A stretch of 63,945 nucleotides of DNA, the filler included, from Conidiobolus incongruus B7586 (lineage: Eukaryota): NCBI GenBank assembly GCA_000697335.1. It is 8 parts of 8 records of this genome, joined end to end, with 100 filler letters (N's around TTAATTAATTAA, not from the genome) between each part and the next. Parts side by side here need not be neighbours in the genome. Positions count along the whole stretch, not along the records: positions 1 to 10,078 come from JNEM01006683.1; positions 10,179 to 28,252 come from JNEM01006684.1; 6 more parts are not named here. The stretch is one strand, 5' to 3'. The position numbers and the translations under genes are program-made. The notes beneath the pieces are model-generated. The model was given only the letters and a program-made list of their open reading frames with translations. It had not been told where the DNA came from and did not search any database. The first letter of the stretch is position 1. Each line of letters opens with the position of its first letter. This document shows positions 1 through 12,948 of the stretch, piece after piece.

Positions 1-202
1 CAAAATTCATTTTTCTGGCGAATTCGTGAGACATGTAACATCGTGGTGCTCCTGTATCTATTACTGCATGCGTTGATTGTCCATCTATTTTGAGTGGGAT
101 AATTAAATGATTGCTTTCTTTTATCTTTTCAGGAGGCACTAATAATACTGATTCAGACCTCAAGTGTTCCTCCTTGTTTACACTTGGGTCTCTTCTTTTC
201 CC
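1..202 (-). CDS. Ty3/gypsy pol N-terminus (retropepsin aspartic protease), in the -1 frame relative to gag; runs off the window edge
   Basis: Manual minus-strand translation gives ...IPLKIDGQSTHAVIDTGAPRCYMSHEFARKMNF with the retropepsin D-T-G-A motif at 47-58. The frame is open from the GGGAAAA heptamer (196-202) to the window edge. Confidence 0.85.
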
Positions 203-1323
203 GATTGATTAATCTTGCAATTTCTTGCGAAATGTCCTTCCTCCTTGCATTTAAAACATCTATTTTCTTGTCTTAGTTTTTCTTTAACGGCTGGCTCCAT
301 TCCTTTATTATGTCTTATTGATTTTGGTTTTGACCTCGAGATCTTCTTTTCTGCCTCTCGAAAAGCTGGCATGGAGCTTTCAATATCTTCTTTTAATTTG
401 TTAAGGATTATTGCTTCTTGTATCTCTGGTCGTACGTTATTTCGGAAAATACACAGCTGAGTAAACTCATCCATTGTTGTTAAACTTGCCAACGATGCAA
501 AACGTAAATAAAATTCTTGAATATTTTCATTAACACCTTGTTTACATTGTTGCACCTTGCTGATCTGATCATAAGCCGTTTGCTCTGTGGGTGCCAAAAT
601 CGCTTGGAACTTGGTAATTACTTCTTCTAATGTTCTTGGGTTTTTGTTTCTGTTCCGTAACATCAAATTCCACCATTTTCTAGCTTGTCCTTTTAGCCCT
701 TTACCGAATACTTCCATTTTCTGAGCATCAGTTAACTGAGGATGGACTTCTAGATATTGATGAAAGTTGCTGATATATTGAGAAGTTTGTTCTTCATATC
801 CTGCACAATTTTCTTCAAAATCTTCATTACTTCGATAAGATACATTATGATTAATAATTTGGATTTTTGTTCCTTCCTTTTCTGTTTTCGGATCCCTTCT
901 TTTTCCTTGTATATATTTGGTTGCTCGTCTTAGCATCCATCCTAATAATATACATAGAGACACTCCGAATCGATATTTAATCAAATTGGATAATACTTCT
1001 AGGACATTGAGTAAAGACATACTATCGCGAATTTGATAAAAGGGTATTCTGGTCATTTTGTCAACTACCTCTAAGATCCGCCAATGAGGAGCTGAAGAAT
1101 TCACCACGAAGTCATCACATTGATGTATAAGGATTCCCCAACTCATTAGTAGACACAAACGCATTATCCAGCGATTACTTCCTGTAGTTAACCAAGTTCC
1201 TCCCCAGCTAACCATTACACATAGCAGGACAAATGTTAATTTGAATACTGATGTCTGAGGTGACTCTGCGAGGGGAACTTCTTTGAATGTTACAGGAGAT
1301 AAAATAGAACGTAACAGTACCAT
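178..1323 (-). CDS. Ty3/gypsy Gag (capsid-like domain plus C-terminal CCHC zinc knuckle); true start probably downstream of 1323
   Basis: 381-aa ORF with the LKGQARKWW and QGVNENIQEFYLRF retrotransposon-gag motifs and the knuckle CFKCKEEGHFARNC. The first Met lies inside the inferred LTR. Confidence 0.9.
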   Translation of the reverse strand: MVLLRSILSPVTFKEVPLAESPQTSVFKLTFVLLCVMVSWGGTWLTTGSNRWIMRLCLLMSWGILIHQCDDFVVNSSAPHWRILEVVDKMTRIPFYQIRDSMSLLNVLEVLSNLIKYRFGVSLCILLGWMLRRATKYIQGKRRDPKTEKEGTKIQIINHNVSYRSNEDFEENCAGYEEQTSQYISNFHQYLEVHPQLTDAQKMEVFGKGLKGQARKWWNLMLRNRNKNPRTLEEVITKFQAILAPTEQTAYDQISKVQQCKQGVNENIQEFYLRFASLASLTTMDEFTQLCIFRNNVRPEIQEAIILNKLKEDIESSMPAFREAEKKISRSKPKSIRHNKGMEPAVKEKLRQENRCFKCKEEGHFARNCKINQSGKEETQV

Positions 1324-1576
1324 AATGATAGCTAATTAATGTGAATAAAATATTATAACTCTGAGGAACTTATTTATTAATTATTAGATCTGTTAAAGGA
1401 ATGACCAGAATAGCTCATCTAGCTATTCTGATGTGTTCTCTTATACTTCTTTTGGCCTTCTTTGTCTTCTTTGTCTTCTTTGTCCTTTTGTCTTGTAGTG
1501 ATTATTTCAAGGGAAGTGGAACTTTAAATGTTCCTATTATATCCTATTTTAGGTAATGTCACGTTGACTCGTGACA
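1288..1576 (-). mobile_element. Candidate 5' LTR (~289 bp) of the intact Ty3/gypsy element
   Basis: The minus strand begins TGTCAC and ends GTAACA (near-perfect terminal inverted repeat, TG...CA). It contains TATAAG, AATAAA, a 9-bp tandem repeat and a 10-bp-stem hairpin. The partner LTR is outside the window, so boundaries cannot be confirmed. Confidence 0.6.
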
Positions 1577-1963
1577 GATATGTGATCATATTATTGAAAT
1601 TCAAATATTCGATTTGGTCAAATAACAAGTAGTTTTTGATTTTTGGGAAATCAGTACAAATTTTTTAGAATGAATATGAAGTAAATTTAAGATAATTTTA
1701 ATGAAACTTGAAATATAAGCAATTCATATTACTGCTTTTGAATCAAGTCACAGATTTGACCATTTTCTAAGTGGATGACCTAATTAACCATCAAGTTTAT
1801 TGAAAATGTTTAAAATTTACCATAAGTCTGAAGATAAACGTCAATTGTATTAATAATCATTAAAATTGAGTAATTGATCTCATTAATTATAAATTATAAA
1901 AATTTCTTAAGTATAAAATTTAAACGTATTATTCATTTATATTATTCAATTAAACTATTAATA

Positions 1964-2941
1964 ATGAGTACTTATAAAGCTATTCAAATTGAACAAACTG
2001 GTGGCGTCGAAGTATTAAACTATACTGATGTCCCCAAACCAGTTCCTGGACCTACCCAAGTCCTTGTTAAGAACGAATTCGTTGGTGTTAACTTTATCGA
2101 TACCTATCACCGTACTGGTTTATATCCTCTTCCACTCCCCGCTATTTTAGGTCGCGAAGGTGCTGGTGTCGTTGAAGCAGTTGGTTCTGATGTTAAAGGA
2201 ATTTCAGTTGGTGATCGCGTCGCTTACCTTGCCGCTGGTTCTTATGGTGAATACAACGTAGTTGAAAGAAAACACGTTGCCAAGTTACCAGATTCCATTT
2301 CCTTTAAAACCGCTGCTACCATTCTTTTACAAGGCTTGACAGCTCTTACCATGGTTCAAGAATCTTACAAAGTTAAGGAAGGTGACTTCATTTTGATCCA
2401 TGCTGCTGCTGGTGGTACCGGTCAGCAATTAGTCAGACTTGCCAGACATTATGGTGCTACTGTCATTGGTACAACATCTACTCCCGAAAAGGCTGAAATT
2501 GCTCGCAAAGCTGGTGCACATCACGTGATCAACTATAAAGAGGAAGATGTAGCTAAGAGAGTGTTGGAGTTGACAGATAATAAGGGAGCTCATGCTGTCC
2601 TCGATGGTGTTGGTAAATCTACCTTCGAAGTCAGCTTAGCCAGTATCAGACGCCTTGGAACTCTGGTCAGCTTCGGTAATGCTTCAGGATCCGTCCCACC
2701 CCTCAATATTGCCAAGTTATCTCCCAAGAATGTCAAATTAATGAGATCTGGCCTCTTTGGATTCCTTGAAACTCAAGAAGAATTTGAACACTGGACCAGT
2801 GAATTATTCAAATTATACGAACAAGGTGTCGTTCCTGAAGAAGTTTATAAGGTATATCCTATTGCTGACGTTAAGCAAGCTCATCTCGATTTGGAAAGTG
2901 GTAAGACTACTGGTAAACTTATTTTATCTTTGGCCAATTGA
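1964..2941 (+). CDS. ZTA1: NADPH:quinone oxidoreductase (zeta-crystallin/MDR family), intronless
   Basis: MSTYKAIQI...GVNFIDTYHRTGLYP...ILGREGAG, AAAGGTG nucleotide-binding motif, C-terminal LESGKTTGKLIL. ATG at 1964. Confidence 0.92.
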   Translation: MSTYKAIQIEQTGGVEVLNYTDVPKPVPGPTQVLVKNEFVGVNFIDTYHRTGLYPLPLPAILGREGAGVVEAVGSDVKGISVGDRVAYLAAGSYGEYNVVERKHVAKLPDSISFKTAATILLQGLTALTMVQESYKVKEGDFILIHAAAGGTGQQLVRLARHYGATVIGTTSTPEKAEIARKAGAHHVINYKEEDVAKRVLELTDNKGAHAVLDGVGKSTFEVSLASIRRLGTLVSFGNASGSVPPLNIAKLSPKNVKLMRSGLFGFLETQEEFEHWTSELFKLYEQGVVPEEVYKVYPIADVKQAHLDLESGKTTGKLILSLAN

Positions 2942-3865
2942 TTTTGATAATTGAATTCATCAGATCTTTGTAATGCATTAGTATAATAAAAATAGCATTT
3001 AAAATATAAATATATCTCTGAATATTTAGATATATCAACATATTGTGTAGCATTGAATTAATATACCAATCATATTGATAAAATTAATATTTTTTTAAAG
3101 AACATTATATTGACTTATTAATACAGTATTAAATTTATATTGAATAATTGGATAATTACTTGGTAACAAAATTAAACATAGTTAAAAAATTAATAAAAGA
3201 TATTATATTAGTTATTTTATATTTTTGCAATATTAAATTTTGAACTTAAATTTATAGTAAAAAATTTAATAAAATATTTTACTAGTTAATATAAAAATCA
3301 GATTCAAAATTTAAATTTGTGATATTAATTATTGTTATTAAATTTTATAAATAATATCATTATAACTTAAATCAAAAAAATAATTTTCATTTTCAATAAA
3401 ATATAAAATCAATTTAAAAATTTATTAATAATATTTTTCAAAATTAATTAATATTATTATCGGGTAAAATAGGGTTCTTAGAAAGTCCAGAATAAATGTG
3501 GATCATAATTTTTAATTTAAATAACTTGATTTAAATTATATTTTGTAAAGTTTAATATATCAGTTTTTGATAATATATATTGAAATAAATTCTTTCTAAT
3601 CTATATATATCAATTGATATGGATCAAGGTTATTATATTTTTGAAGAAAGTAATATGATTTAATAGATATATATATAAACGTTAATTTTCCATATTCATT
3701 TTGTTATATATCACATTAAAAATATGTTTATCAAGATGTATAAAACAACTCAAATATAAAAATCAATCTAACAATTGACCATTGTTAAATAAATATTATT
3801 TACATATAACATTACTATAGTTTGAATATGATATATTTTGTATTTCGATTTAGAAGTTGGATCTA

Positions 3866-4668
3866 TTAAGATTGATTAGACTTAATATAGTGTACAAGGT
3901 TTTCAATGGTTATCATTTTGATATTGTGTTGCTGGGCGAATTCGAAACAATCTTCTCTTCTCTTCATTGTACCGTCATCATTAACTAATTCACAAATGAT
4001 GGCTGTGGGATACTTGCCAGATAACTTACATAGATCTAATCATTAAAATGATTAATTATTTGTTAGTGCTGTTGATGTATTGGTTAACTTACCAACTGCT
4101 GCTTCAGTGTGTCCCTGTCTTTCTAAAACACCGTTGGGTTTAGCTTTCAAAGGTAATAAATGACCTGGTTTGTTGAAGTCAAGAGGGTTCGTGATATTTG
4201 GATCGGCTAAGGCGTTAGCAGTTTTAGCTCTGTCACTGGCAGAAATCCCCGTAGTGGTTCCGTGTTTGAAGTCTACGGAAACACCATAAGCAGTTCTGAG
4301 TGGATCAGTATTTTTAGGGACCATCATTGGAATGTCTAATTCTTCTAATCTTTCGCTGGTTGTAGGACAACATACATAGCCACTGATATTTGATATATTA
4401 TTAAGGAGGAGGTTTATATGATGAATTTATTTATTACCTCGAGTATCTGATTAAAAAAGCCATCTTTTCGGGAGTGACATCTTGAGCAGCAATAATCAAG
4501 TCACCCTCATTTTCTCTGTCTTCATTATCCATAACTATTAAGAATTCTCCCTTGGCTATATAATAATATAAATGACAAAAACTTTGACACGTGTTTGATT
4601 AACCTACCGAAATCTTCGAGAGCAGATTCAATACTATCGAAATGAACAGCTTCTGTAGTTCCCAACAT
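3866..4668 (-). CDS. RIB3: 3,4-dihydroxy-2-butanone-4-phosphate synthase (4 exons)
   Basis: Spliced translation [45 protein letters not shown].../...[13 protein letters not shown]...PGHLLPL...[17 protein letters not shown]...[12 protein letters not shown]...IKSNQS*, with GT-AG introns. Confidence 0.93.
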
Positions 4669-5586
4669 AGTCACAAACAATATTGATTATTTTATTAATA
4701 AATATGTAAAATTATATTTTAATAGTGATTATTAATATTTTTTTCAAAAAGTGAGAATAATTAAACCTCAGATGATTATTTATATAAATTTTTGTGTCCT
4801 CTGATTACCTTGTGAATTAAAATCTTGTAATTAATAGTTTTATTATGCCAATAGGGGATCAATTGAATTTGGCTGATTGCCAATTTGGATTAAAATTAAT
4901 GAAATGCTTTGGTTGGAATCAGATTCGCTTTATTCTATTTCAAATTATCCCGCAAATTTCAGTATTTAGATGAATTTATGAGTTACAGAGTAATTTCAGT
5001 TTATAATATATATATTGTGGTATTTGATGGTTTTATTTATGTTGTTATTAATTTTTGTACTCTTCGATATGATTATTCGCCCCTCCTAATAAATTATAAA
5101 AATCAAAATTAGTGCCAAATACAATCCTTAGATATAATTAAAATTTTATATTTATTTAGCCTTTTATAATACCAATGGATTCATATTTATACTTATGATA
5201 TAACATATTTTATTAGAAATATTAATTTAATACATTTGATAATTTTTAATAGAATTTTATGATTTGTTTGTCGATAACATCATATGCTGCTTTGTACACT
5301 GTTGTGAAATTTGAATTATTGCATTATATCAAATTTTAATGCACTTATTTTTAATATAAGTCTAAATACGTTAAAAATACTTTCAAGATTTTTAATATAA
5401 AAAACTGAAATCAATATATAAGGATAATGATGAACTACTATTCTCGAAATATTTTATAATTTAATAATTTATTCATCTACAATCATTTTTTATTAATTTT
5501 AATCAAAATTAAGCAATATTTCAAATGTTCAAATATCACAATATATTTGAATTATTTTTATTAAATAACTACTATTTACTAAAATA

Positions 5587-5617
<31 letters not shown>

Positions 5618-7172
5618 TAATAATCCGATTTAAATTTCATTGAATGTATAAACAGCCAATATAAAAGCCTAAAATTTTGATTATTATTGGATTATAGTCC
5701 AATTATATTAATTTATTTAGCTAATTCCAATTAATTAAAAGCATTAGTTGGTTAATAATATATTATAATTACCACATGGAATACTATGAAATTTATCCAA
5801 GAAAGCATTTAATAATTGTATAAATTTGTTATATTTTATTATGCGGTTTATGTTCAAGGATTCGATTATGAAAATTGGTCATTTTATATTTCTGAAAATA
5901 ATGAAATTAAGACATAATAAATTCCAAAATTCAATTTTTTGTTAAAGGAAAACAAGAACTATTTGATGAATTTCAAACTCTGGCATACATGGCACAAATT
6001 AATATAATGTTAGTGTTAATAATCAATGCTTAACTTTGTAAACTTAAATGAATTTCTATTTCAAATTAATGTTTAATCATTACCAAATAGATATTTATAT
6101 CGATATGATTAATTGAATAATAATGATTAAATATATTAGCAAATTAAGCCATATCAACATTGTAATATACATGCCAGATATTTTAATTTCAAATTCATTT
6201 ATTCTTCAAATATAATGGAATGCTCTTAACCTTTTCAGTTTATATTATTTATTAAATAATTATTAATTTAATATTTTAATATAATTTTAAAATCTATATA
6301 TAAACCATCTTTATTATATTTATATATGTATTTGTTATCAATATTTTTAAATGAAAACAAAATTTAAATTTGTACCATAAAAAAATTAAGCACTATATAA
6401 AAATAATGTACAACTAGCATCCAATATATGAATGTTTTAAAATGAAACAATCATTACTCATGCTTATTAATATTATGGTTTTACTGTTAAGTAACTTGCA
6501 CTCATAAATCTTTATTTTGAGTGTTCAGTATTGTTTCAAAGTTTGTAATTATAAGTAATTATTTCAATAAGAAAAGTTTTATCTAGATTTAATTTAACTT
6601 ATTCCCTTATTTTTCAATTATTGGTCAATTTGAATTTTGAATAAATTTAATTACACAGATATCGATAAAATAATCTAATAATAGCTCATTATTCACAATT
6701 TAATTATCTAAAGATCATGTCTAAATATTTTCCAATTCTTGTTCAATTCATAGAATATATGATAATGAATAATTAATACAATATTTCAAGGTATATAATA
6801 ATGAGTAATAAATACACTATAACTTTTTATGTAAATTATTTTTACATTGATTCGAGAATTAATTTAAATATTGGAAAAAAATTCATCATTAAGCAATTAT
6901 TGAGTGCAAATTAACTATCGAACCATAGCAAAAATTATAATTGAATTTGTTATATTTAAAAAGAATCTCAAATAAAAAAAATTAAATCCTATTAAAAATA
7001 TAATATATCAATATTTAGGTTTATTTATTTAAAAAATTTTAATAATTTTTTAATAAATTAATCCCATAATTTTAATTCCTAAAATTAAATTTAAAAATAT
7101 AATTAAGATTTTTGAATTATAAAATAAAAATTATTTTAATTTTAAATATTTATAAGTATTAATTAAAAAAAT

Positions 7173-8161
7173 ATGTCGAGACCAGAACATCAAGGACCAC
7201 CTGAAATTGTAAATAAAATTATCATACTATATTCAATTCATATTAACTTACTTACTTTGATTTTTAGGTTTATAACGATATTGAAGCTTCTAAATATACT
7301 TCCAAGTATTTTTATAATTTTTTTATTGTCTAAACTTTTTATTGATAATTTGATAGTACTCGTATTGCTGGGATTCAAGCTGAAATGACTTTAAGAGCTT
7401 TAGAATTGCTCAATTTACCACCTGAAAAGACCTGCTATTTATTAGATATCGGTTGTGGCTCTGGTTTAAGTGGTGAAATTTTGGAAGAGGAAGGCCATAT
7501 TTGGGTTGGTTATGATATTGCTCCAGCTATGTTGGGTATTATCCAATATTTGATTTATTAAATATATCCATTATTTATCTGATTTTTAGATATTGCTGTA
7601 CAAAGAGGAGTTGAAGGTGATTTATTTTTAACTGACGCTGGTCAAGGTATGAACTTCCGTCCTGGTGTATTTGATGGTGCTATCAGTATTTCAGTTCTCC
7701 AATGGCTTTGCAATGCCGATAAAAAGAATCACTATCCCAAAAAACGTCTCAGTACCTTTTTCACAAAATTATTTATGTGTTTATCCCGTGGTTCCAGAGC
7801 TGTATTCCAATTCTACCCCGAAAATGATGATCAAGTTCAGATGATCATGTCTGCTGCCATGCAAGCTGGTTTTACAGGAGGTCTTGTAGTTGATTATCCC
7901 AACAGTAAGAAAGCCAAGAAGTATTATCTCTGTCTCTTCGCTGGTGCTTCAGATCAACCTCTCCCTGCTCCTATTGAAGGTGAAGAAAGACCCAACCAAG
8001 TTGCTTATTCCAATGAGCGTATGAAGCTCAAGTCCAAAAAGAAGCAAAGAACCAGTGTAAAAGAGTGGGTATTACACAAGAAAGATGTCGCTCGTGCCAA
8101 GGGTCTTAAGACTGCAAATGATTCCAAGTATACCGCAAGAAAGAGAAAGCCTCGTTTCTAG
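7173..8161 (+). CDS. BUD23: 18S rRNA (guanine-N7)-methyltransferase (4 exons)
   Basis: N-terminus [15 protein letters not shown] motif [30 protein letters not shown]-terminus [12 protein letters not shown]. Confidence 0.95.
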
Positions 8162-10078
8162 TTCTCTTGTTATATATTTATACATATAGATTTCAATTAT
8201 ACTAATCCACCCCTATCCATAATACATCGTCAATATATGTACAACATCTGACAGTCAAAATTCTCTTTATATTACACGTTTTCAGTTTCCTTTTAATTTA
8301 TATCAACTTTGAGCATTTTTATATTATATTAAGTGATATTCGAATTTAATTAATTCTTGATTCAACTTTTCTGTTGGACTTCGAATTGGGTATTATATAA
8401 AAACTATAGATTATAAATATTCAAATAAACCTAACAACTATATTTTTAATATGACTTTAATTACTAGGTTCATTTACTATTTAATATTAATAAACTTTTA
8501 TAATTCTAATGTATATAACGTTAATATCAATTTTATTTTAATATTTTTTAGCAATACTTTGACATTTTAACATGAATTTTATTATTAATTCACTTTTTCT
8601 TTACTATAAAATTAAATATAGTCACGCTTGTTGATAATATACTGCAATATTTTAATTAGATAATTCATATTACAAAATAAAATACAATGCTCAATTATAT
8701 ATATTTTAATATACTATAAATCACGTATACACACTATTAATAATTTGTGAGTATTCATAGAATTCAAAATATAATTGATTTTATTATTACTATTATACAT
8801 TTGGTTATATGTTTAATCCAAATTTTAAATGGCCAATTATATATTTACTATTACTCTAGTATATAGCAATTGGAGTTATTTTTTTATATTTATTATATAC
8901 TGGTTAGCATATTTTTATTTATATATTTTAGATTTTCTAATTATCATTCTGTGAAATTATCTAACATGTATTTTTGAGTATTAGACGAGGTCAGATTATT
9001 TTAATCTACATTTTGTTATAGTTACTCATTGTATATTTTCGAAAATTCACTGACACTAAATATATTTTATTTGTTCTTTATATATCATTTTTTGAGGGTG
9101 ATTTTATCTATGCTATATTTAAATATTCGTAATATATTACAAATTCGTTTTATCATTCCTCAAAAATTCAACTTTTATTCAAGTTATTGAATCAAATATA
9201 ATCACGTGTTTTACAAGATTCAAAAATTTCATTGCTTAAATTTTAAATCACCATCACCCCTATTTCCCTTAATCTCATTTTTATAATCTTAATTTCAATA
9301 TTTATTGGATTGTTTATCAGAAAAATCTCATATATTCTTATTTAATGCTCAAATATAACTGTGATATTTATTTATTAGTTGGTAAATATTAAGTTAAATT
9401 TTCTATAACTTTGATCAATTGTTTCCAAGTTATTTTTAACACTCTATGTATTCTTTTAAATTATTAAATATATCCAATATACTCACTTATCAAGAAATTT
9501 TGGACTTAATTTCTCTTATTAAATATGAAATTATTAAATTTCACTAAAAATTATATTTTGAATTTGATATAATTCAAAATTGAAATATAGAGTTCCATTA
9601 TATTATAAAAATAAAATGAGCCAATTGTTATGATTTGAATATTTGTATTAATTTTAAATCATTACCATAAATATCATAAATTTTAACAATTTTTATCAAT
9701 AATGATTGTTTAATTATATTAAAAATTTGTTAGATTTTAATTAGAATAATATATTTATTTTTTAGGAATTAATATATTAATTGCTTTTTATTTATATTAC
9801 TTTAGATTATAAGTAATATAACTTTTATATAAATGATTATGAATAAGCATTTAAATATATAATTTAAAAATAAATATAAAATCAATATGATATTTTATTA
9901 TTAATAACTTTTTAGTATATCTTTAATAAACTTTTAATAATTAATAGATGAATTTTTTATTAAACTAAAATTCAATATTTTATCAACTAATTTAACTATT
10001 TTATAAAATTTTTTTATAAGTTTATTATTTGATTATTTAAAATAATTATAATTATATAGGTTATAATTAAGTAAATAT

Positions 10079-10178
10079 NNNNNNNNNNNNNNNNNNNNNN
10101 NNNNNNNNNNNNNNNNNNNNNNTTAATTAATTAANNNNNNNNNNNNNNNNNNNNNNNNNNNNNNNNNNNNNNNNNNNN
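10079..10178. other. Artificial scaffold gap/linker (same at 28253, 41231, 48974, 51643, 54662, 62665)
   Basis: Identical 44 N + TTAATTAATTAA (stops in all six frames) + 44 N at seven positions. Confidence 0.97.
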
Positions 10179-12948
10179 AAATATAATAAAAAGATATTAT
10201 TAATATATTAATTATTTTATCAATAATTAAAAAATAAAAATAAAAATAATTTTTTAAATTTTAATAAATTTAAATGTTTTTTAGCTTTAAAATAATTTAA
10301 TTAATAATAATTAATTAATATAAAATATCATCTTTATAAATTATTTATAAATTTTAAATAATTTTAAAAATATGTGGTTAAGTTTATTAATTTTAAAATA
10401 AAAAACTTTTGATAATTTTTATCTAATTTAAAAATAACTCAAATAAATAATAAGTTTTGAAAAAAAATTATTAAAAAAACATTATATATATATAATCTGA
10501 AACCATATTTTTCTATTTATTTGTTATAAAATTTTTTGAAACTAATAAGTTTGAAAAAAATAATTAAAAATTTTCCCATTTTATTAATTCTGAGGTAATA
10601 TTATGAATATATAATATTTTAATAATTTTCAAAATTATTATAATAATTATTCCAAACAAAGCATTACCCTCAACCTTAATTAAACAATAATTTGGTTATT
10701 ATGAATCTCGTAATTATAAACATAGTAATATCTTAACCACCATTATTTTGATTTATATAAAACATTGATATCATCAATAAAAAATAAAAAACTTTGATGT
10801 ATTACTACATAATGAAAATCTTGGTATTGTGTGCAGCATTTCATTGAGGAGGCAATAAGTTAATAATAGTTTGCTTAATTGACATTAAATACAAATTTTT
10901 ATAATTTAGCAAATAACAATATTATTAAAATTATAAGAATGAGAATAAATTATTATAATGTAATATCTGTTAATATTGACAATGTTGAGCGGAACAATGA
11001 TTACAAATAAATTAAAAATAATAAATGAAAGTTATTCTTGCAGAGGAATTGATTTTCTCCATAACTAATCAATTGTTTAGTTGAAAATTATCAAAAATCA
11101 AAATATTGTGAATTAATAATTATTTTATCTCCTGTCCCAAAAGTCAATATATTATATCTATTAAGTATAAAATTGGTAATGTAATTGATAGTATTTATCA
11201 CTTAATTCCTCAAATATACTTTCAATACAGAAAACGTCTATTTACTTAAAATTTTGTTATTAGGGTCTCGTGAAAAATGAAATTTCAATATACATTATTG
11301 ATTGATATAATATGATTTATAAATTAATGCTGTTCAACTGATAGACAAAGGCTGTATAATTAAAAATACTCTAATTTATAACATAAAACATTGATTATCA
11401 TCAAAATATATTCCCGGAAAACCAATAATAAGCGTAGTTACTTGGAGCAAATAACATTAATGGAAATGAAGTGTGTAACATATGAAATCATCTGCAAAAG
11501 GACAAAACAAAATATTAAATTTTTAATTCTTTCTTGCTATTGTGGATAAAATCAATTACTTTAAATTAGTAAAATTATTCTTATTTTTATTAATCTACTA
11601 AAAAATTATCAACTAATAGGAGAATATTCATCATAATTGATTTATCACACATCTCTCATCTTTAAAATTATTTAATTTTATACATTATAATAGTTTTACG
11701 TTGTATTATAAAATGAATTTTACCAGCTCAAGGATATCAAAGAATAAATATATGGATTATATTGAATGAGAAAATTATATGAAAGTTAAAATTTAGCTTA
11801 ACTAAATTGACATCATCAATCAATTAGAATCATTCAAATTAATGAATTGGCACTCTCACTAATGATGGGGACTGTTCCAAATATGCTGAAATTAACTAGC
11901 ATTATTGGTCAAACCAAGTAAATTGAGAAGATCTTAAATACTAAGAAATCATTGAATTTATAAAATTATTAAAATTTTTAGGTTTGAAGATCTTTTTCCT
12001 ATTGAAATAAAGTATTTCAACTGAGTCAAAAGGGTTGACTCCTGTGTTAAATTTCCTGATCAAGTTTTCATATTTCAATCTTAGTTAATTAATTTAAATT
12101 AGTTTTGATCTTGACTTAATATAGTATTATCAAATATCATCAATTTGCGTTAGATATTAATATCATAAATTAAATTCTTATACATTTCTTTGTTCGTATA
12201 TAAATTAAAAAATTTTGTATTTAAACTCAAGATAATTAAATTAAATTAAATATTTATTATTCTTCAATAATTCAGATATTAATTTATATAAATTTCAATT
12301 AAAGTAAACTTAATAAATTTGATATCTAAAATAAGAAATAATATCAAGTTACAAAAATTTAAATCAAAAGATTCGTCCGCAATTGTAATGAGTAATTCCT
12401 TTTGATCAACCTTCTTGTCACCAATCATTTCAATTTATCAACAATTATTAAGACACTAGTCAAGTTCAATTGAAACATAGAAAAACATATTCTCTAATGA
12501 GTAGTTAATAATGCTTGATAATATCATTTTATGGGTATAACCAGTTAGAACATCTGTTCTGATAAATATCGTGATTTTAAAATTGAGGCCTAAAAAACCT
12601 GAAATAAAACGATTAAATTGAGAAATTACAGTATTATTACCACTATTTAATACCAATTTAAAATTCAAAATTTCTGAATTTAATTAAGTGATTAATTGAA
12701 TTTAAATTACTTGCTCTTTTATCCTTTAATCGCATTTATTATATACAATTAAAATATATTATTATTATTCGTACTATATAATCAATTTATTTATTAATTG
12801 ATTAATATTATCCTTCGTTAATTTAATTATTTTTATTGACTATCGTTCAAAGTTGATAAAGTATTTTTTATCTACTTAGATTATTCATCATTATATTCCT
12901 TTTTTAAAAACAAAATTTCAACAAAATATATAGTTATTAATTCATAAT

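Noticed and set aside
1874..1963. N-terminal extension of the quinone reductase ORF
   Set aside because: Non-ATG start in AT-rich upstream DNA; family homology begins at the ATG at 1964.
4909..5112. Short I/N/K/Y/F-rich ORFs (also 12456, 19469, 22542, 40360, 41086, 48414, 51066, 53488)
   Set aside because: Composition expected from AT-rich non-coding or decayed TE DNA; no motifs.
10123..10134. Recurrent TTAATTAATTAA between N runs (7 times)
   Set aside because: Fixed 44N-12-44N layout with stops in six frames marks an assembly linker, not a biological repeat.
10600..12100. Possible decayed membrane-protein gene on the minus strand (also gene-like texture at 8800-9500, 19450-20400, 60900-61800)
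   Set aside because: Only scattered hydrophobic fragments; no family could be assigned by eye.
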